This document shows positions 60,993 to 64,000 of a stretch of 64,000 nt of DNA, in pieces; position 1 is the stretch's first letter, and every line of letters starts with the position of its first letter. The notes under the pieces are model-generated. The model was not told the DNA's origin. It saw nothing but the letters and a program-made list of their open reading frames with translations, and ran no database searches. The stretch is taken from the NCBI GenBank assembly GCA_963813155.1, contig CAWEYG010000006.1, positions 1 through 64,000 on the forward strand, written 5' to 3'. Source of the stretch: an uncultured Acidobacteriota bacterium. Its GTDB lineage: Bacteria > Acidobacteriota > Thermoanaerobaculia > UBA5066 > DATFVB01. The translations under genes and the position numbers were made by a program.

Positions 60993-62866
60993 TTAGCGGC
61001 GCCGGACGGTTGTGCTCTTCGGCGCGCACTGCAAGTTACCAGGGCTCAGCCGGAAAATTTGCGCCTGGATGTCGGGTGACCGCTTGAAGGGATTGCGCGT
61101 CGCCGATCGAAAGATCCGGACCGGCGAGTCGGGGACGGCGCAGGGGGCGAGCGTGGATGTCAGATTGCGCTCCACCGGAAGAACGAGAACCGTGGCACCC
61201 GACGATCGAGCGAGAGAGAAGATGTTCTTCGGGAAGGGCTCGGCCGAGTAGTTCGCGGCGTCGCTTCCGACGAAAGGGCGGGGAATCAGGGCCGAGGACC
61301 GGAAGACGGCGAGGACGACATCCGAGTCCCGAAGAGTCCGGTCGAGCCATCGGGCTTCGGCGTAGCCATTCGCGTGGGCAGTCATCACTCGGTCGCGCCA
61401 GCCGTTTGAAAACGCGCCGGGAATCAGAATTACCGCCATCCCGACGGCGACGATTGCCGTGGCCGCGCCTTGAAGCGAGAGGGCTTTGAACAGGAGGGCC
61501 TTTCGGGGACCTGGCGATGCGGCGACGGCGGCCGCCCCTGCCCAGAGATACGGTTCGAGAAAAAACCTCGCCGACAGCTGGCCGAAAGCCACGATCAGGA
61601 TCGTCGACATGAAGGCGGCGGCGAGAAAGAGTCTGGACTTGCCTCGGGTTCCGAACGCGGTAACGCCCGCGAAGACGCCGAGGCCGAGCATCGTCGAAAA
61701 GTCCGCGGGATGGATCGTTGCGGTCAGATCGAGGGGCAGGCGAATCAACCGGCCGAAGGATCGCGGGCCCGCATAGTCCCGCAGGTATTCCGCGAATCGG
61801 ATCACGGCGGGATCGGGCTGGCCGCGAAGCCTCTCGAGCAGGGGAGAGAGCGGATCGCCGTAGAAAGCGAAACTTCGGGCGTAGACCGGGAGTGCGAAGA
61901 ACGAGAAAGCTGCGGCGGTGATTCCCGCGGCCGTGACGAGCCGGCCGCAGCGGCGAGCAGCCGTCGAGCGCGAGAGCCAGCACGACGAGTCCTGAGAGGA
62001 GAAACGAATACTTGCAGGCGATCGCGAACATGGTTGCTCCGATTGCGAGCGTGAGGATCCCGGCGTCGAGGTTGTTCCCGGAGCGCACGATCAGGGCCAG
62101 AGCCAACGTCAGTGCGGCGGCGGGCAGAAGCTGCGGTTTCTGATTCGGAACCAGGAAGAGCATCAGGGGACAGGCCACGACGAGCAGCGCCGCGAGGATT
62201 CGTCCCCGGCGATCACTCGCGCCGGCCGAGAGAGCGATCACGGCGGCGACGAGCCCCGAGAATTGAAAGACCGCGCTCAGGACATCAGTCCCCGCCGCAA
62301 GTCCCAGGAGGTTCAGCCCTTCCCCGAGTCCTGTCAGCCGAGCGCAGAACCAGTCAGGCCTCGGGTAGGCGGCTCCATGGCGAATCCAATCCAGAGGGAC
62401 GCCGAGGTGGTAGTCGAGTGAGTCGGCGTCGGTAGGGGGGGCAAGGGCCGCCGCGCCGAGGGCGCAGGTCGTTACCGCCAGCGCCGACGAGTGCGATCCG
62501 CTCGAAGGACCGGGACCTCGCAGACGCGGCTCCGAAGCGACGTGACATCTTGCTCGTGTCCGGCGAGCCAGCCGGGGAATTTCGAAGGCTCCGGCGACGG
62601 CCAGCGCTCGCCCGAGCCAGCGCAGACCCGATGGGAAATGCGAATCCGGACCATGCGGCGGCGAGCGAGACACGAGGCGAGTCCAGCCGCAGCGAGGATG
62701 AAGCCGGCCGCCCGGTCGAGGCGATCGTCACTTCCGGGTCGAATCCTGGACGCGATCGAGCGCCCGACACCGGCGGTAGCCGAGAACGATCAGATACCGC
62801 GAGCACGGCGGGAAGAGGCTCCGCGAGCACGAGATCGGCGAGCTGGAGAAAGTGCGTTTGCGTCAT
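60993..62866 (-). CDS. DUF1420-like polytopic membrane protein (GT-C-like), frameshifted
   Basis: PPTDADSLDYHLGVP, NQKPQL, ACKYSF, GQLSARFFLEPY, many TM segments. Confidence 0.65.
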
Positions 62867-62911
62867 CGGGAGAGAAGAATTCTACAGCCCGTGCGCTCGC
62901 GAGTTTTCGGA

Positions 62912-62917
62912 TACAAT
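62912..62917 (+). promoter_or_regulatory. Putative -10 element of prs
   Basis: TACAAT 9 nt before ATG 62927, with no obvious SD sequence. Confidence 0.45.
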
Positions 62918-62926
62918 TCCCGCGCA

Positions 62927-63883
62927 ATGGAACACCTGTTCCGATACGGCGACCTGAAAATCTTCTCCGGCCGGGCGCACCCGAGCCTGGCCGCGGAGAT
63001 CTGCGCGTACCTCGGCGTGGAGCTGGGGAGAGTCAAGCTCTTCAACTTCTCCGACGGCGAGAACAACTGCCAGATCGAAGAGAACGTGCGCGGCGCCGAC
63101 GTGTTCATCATCCAGCCGACCTCGACGCCCGTCAACGACCACCTGATGGAGCTTCTGATCCTGCTCGACGCGTTCAAACGGTCGTCGGCGACGCGCATCA
63201 CGGCCGTGATCCCGTACTACGGCTACGCCCGCCAGGACCGAAAGGACCGCCCGCGCGTCCCGATCACTTCGAAGCTCGTCGCCGATCTCCTGACGGCCGG
63301 CGGCGCGGACCGGATCCTCACGATGGACCTGCACGCCGCGCAGATCCAGGGCTTCTTCAACATCCCGGTGGACCACCTGTTCGCCGCTCCGGTGATCCTC
63401 GAATCGGTCCGAAAGATGGAAATCGAGGACCTGACGATCATTTCTCCGGATGTCGGCGGGGTCGAGCGGGCGAGGGCGTTCGCGAAGAGGCTCGGCGCCT
63501 CGCTCGCGATCGTCGACAAGCGTCGCACGGGCCCGAACGAGGCGGAGGTCCTGAACGTCATCGGCGACGTGCAGGGGCGCTCGGCCCTGATTCTCGACGA
63601 CATCATCGACACGGCGGGGACGCTCATCAAGGCGACCGAAGCGCTCGAGGCGTACGGCGCGCGGGAGATCTTCGCGGCCGGGGTCCACGCGGTCCTCTCG
63701 GGGCCCGCGATCGACCGGATCAACGCGTCCCGGCTGAAGTCGGTCCTCGTCACGAACACGATTCCCGTGACCGCGTCCGAGGCCCGTTGCCCCCGGATTC
63801 GGTCGTTTTCGGTTGCGCCGCTTCTCGGCGAGGCGATCCAGCGGATCCACGACGGGGCCTCGGTTTCCTCGCTTTTCGTGTAG
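62927..63883 (+). CDS. prs: Ribose-phosphate pyrophosphokinase
   Basis: FSDGE, ENVRG, PYYGYARQDRK, MDLHAAQIQGFF, SPDVGGVERA, DDIIDTAGT, SVSSLF. Confidence 0.97.
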   Translation: MEHLFRYGDLKIFSGRAHPSLAAEICAYLGVELGRVKLFNFSDGENNCQIEENVRGADVFIIQPTSTPVNDHLMELLILLDAFKRSSATRITAVIPYYGYARQDRKDRPRVPITSKLVADLLTAGGADRILTMDLHAAQIQGFFNIPVDHLFAAPVILESVRKMEIEDLTIISPDVGGVERARAFAKRLGASLAIVDKRRTGPNEAEVLNVIGDVQGRSALILDDIIDTAGTLIKATEALEAYGAREIFAAGVHAVLSGPAIDRINASRLKSVLVTNTIPVTASEARCPRIRSFSVAPLLGEAIQRIHDGASVSSLFV

Positions 63884-63928
63884 AGGCCGGACCAGCAGGC
63901 GCGACTCCCGGCCCGGAGCAGGCATGCG

Positions 63929-63991
63929 ACCTCACCCTCCGAGCCCCTCTCCAGCTGGAGAGAGGGTGGCGCGGAGCGCCGGGGGTGAGGT
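63929..63991. repeat. Family A hairpin repeat
   Basis: ACCTCACCC..CCCCTCTCCAGCTGGAGAGAGGG..GGGGTGAGGT. Confidence 0.85.
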
Positions 63992-64000
63992 AGGCGCTCG

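Noticed and set aside
1-64000. Numerous frameshifts suggesting mass pseudogenisation or programmed frameshifting
   Set aside because: They are scattered single-base indels, some compensating, in genes whose motifs are otherwise intact. Long-read error is the simpler explanation, though this cannot be proven without reads.

Overview
GC-rich bacterial DNA. Many otherwise intact genes carry single-base frameshifts, most consistent with an unpolished long-read assembly, so several coordinates below join ORF fragments. Positions 1-49931 are one ~50 kb co-directional surface-polysaccharide locus. It starts with a CpsB/CapC-type PHP phosphatase and a NusG/UpxY-type antiterminator. It then encodes nucleotide-sugar enzymes, an AsnB-type amidotransferase, Wzm/Wzt, several methyltransferases, about 13 glycosyltransferases, GT-C membrane proteins, a Wzy/WaaL-like protein, a GT23-like fucosyltransferase, a NodU-type carbamoyltransferase, three tandem acyltransferases and a WecA/MraY-like initiating transferase. 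The most notable system lies at 50454-58114: a promoter-to-terminator operon encoding a PqqD/RRE protein, a radical SAM/SPASM enzyme, a 61-aa Cys-containing peptide with a YxxP leader and C-terminal Ser, an HPr-kinase-like protein, an S24/S26 peptidase and a large secreted C25 (gingipain-family) protease. This is a candidate RiPP system. A second C25 paralog follows it. The window also holds at least three dispersed repeat families, each next to a small gene or relic: CCCTCTCC hairpins with a DUF559 nuclease, GTCATTGCG..CGCAATGAC palindromes with a GIY-YIG relic, and octamer tandem repeats with a nearby four-helix-bundle relic. It ends with a DUF1420-like membrane protein and prs.
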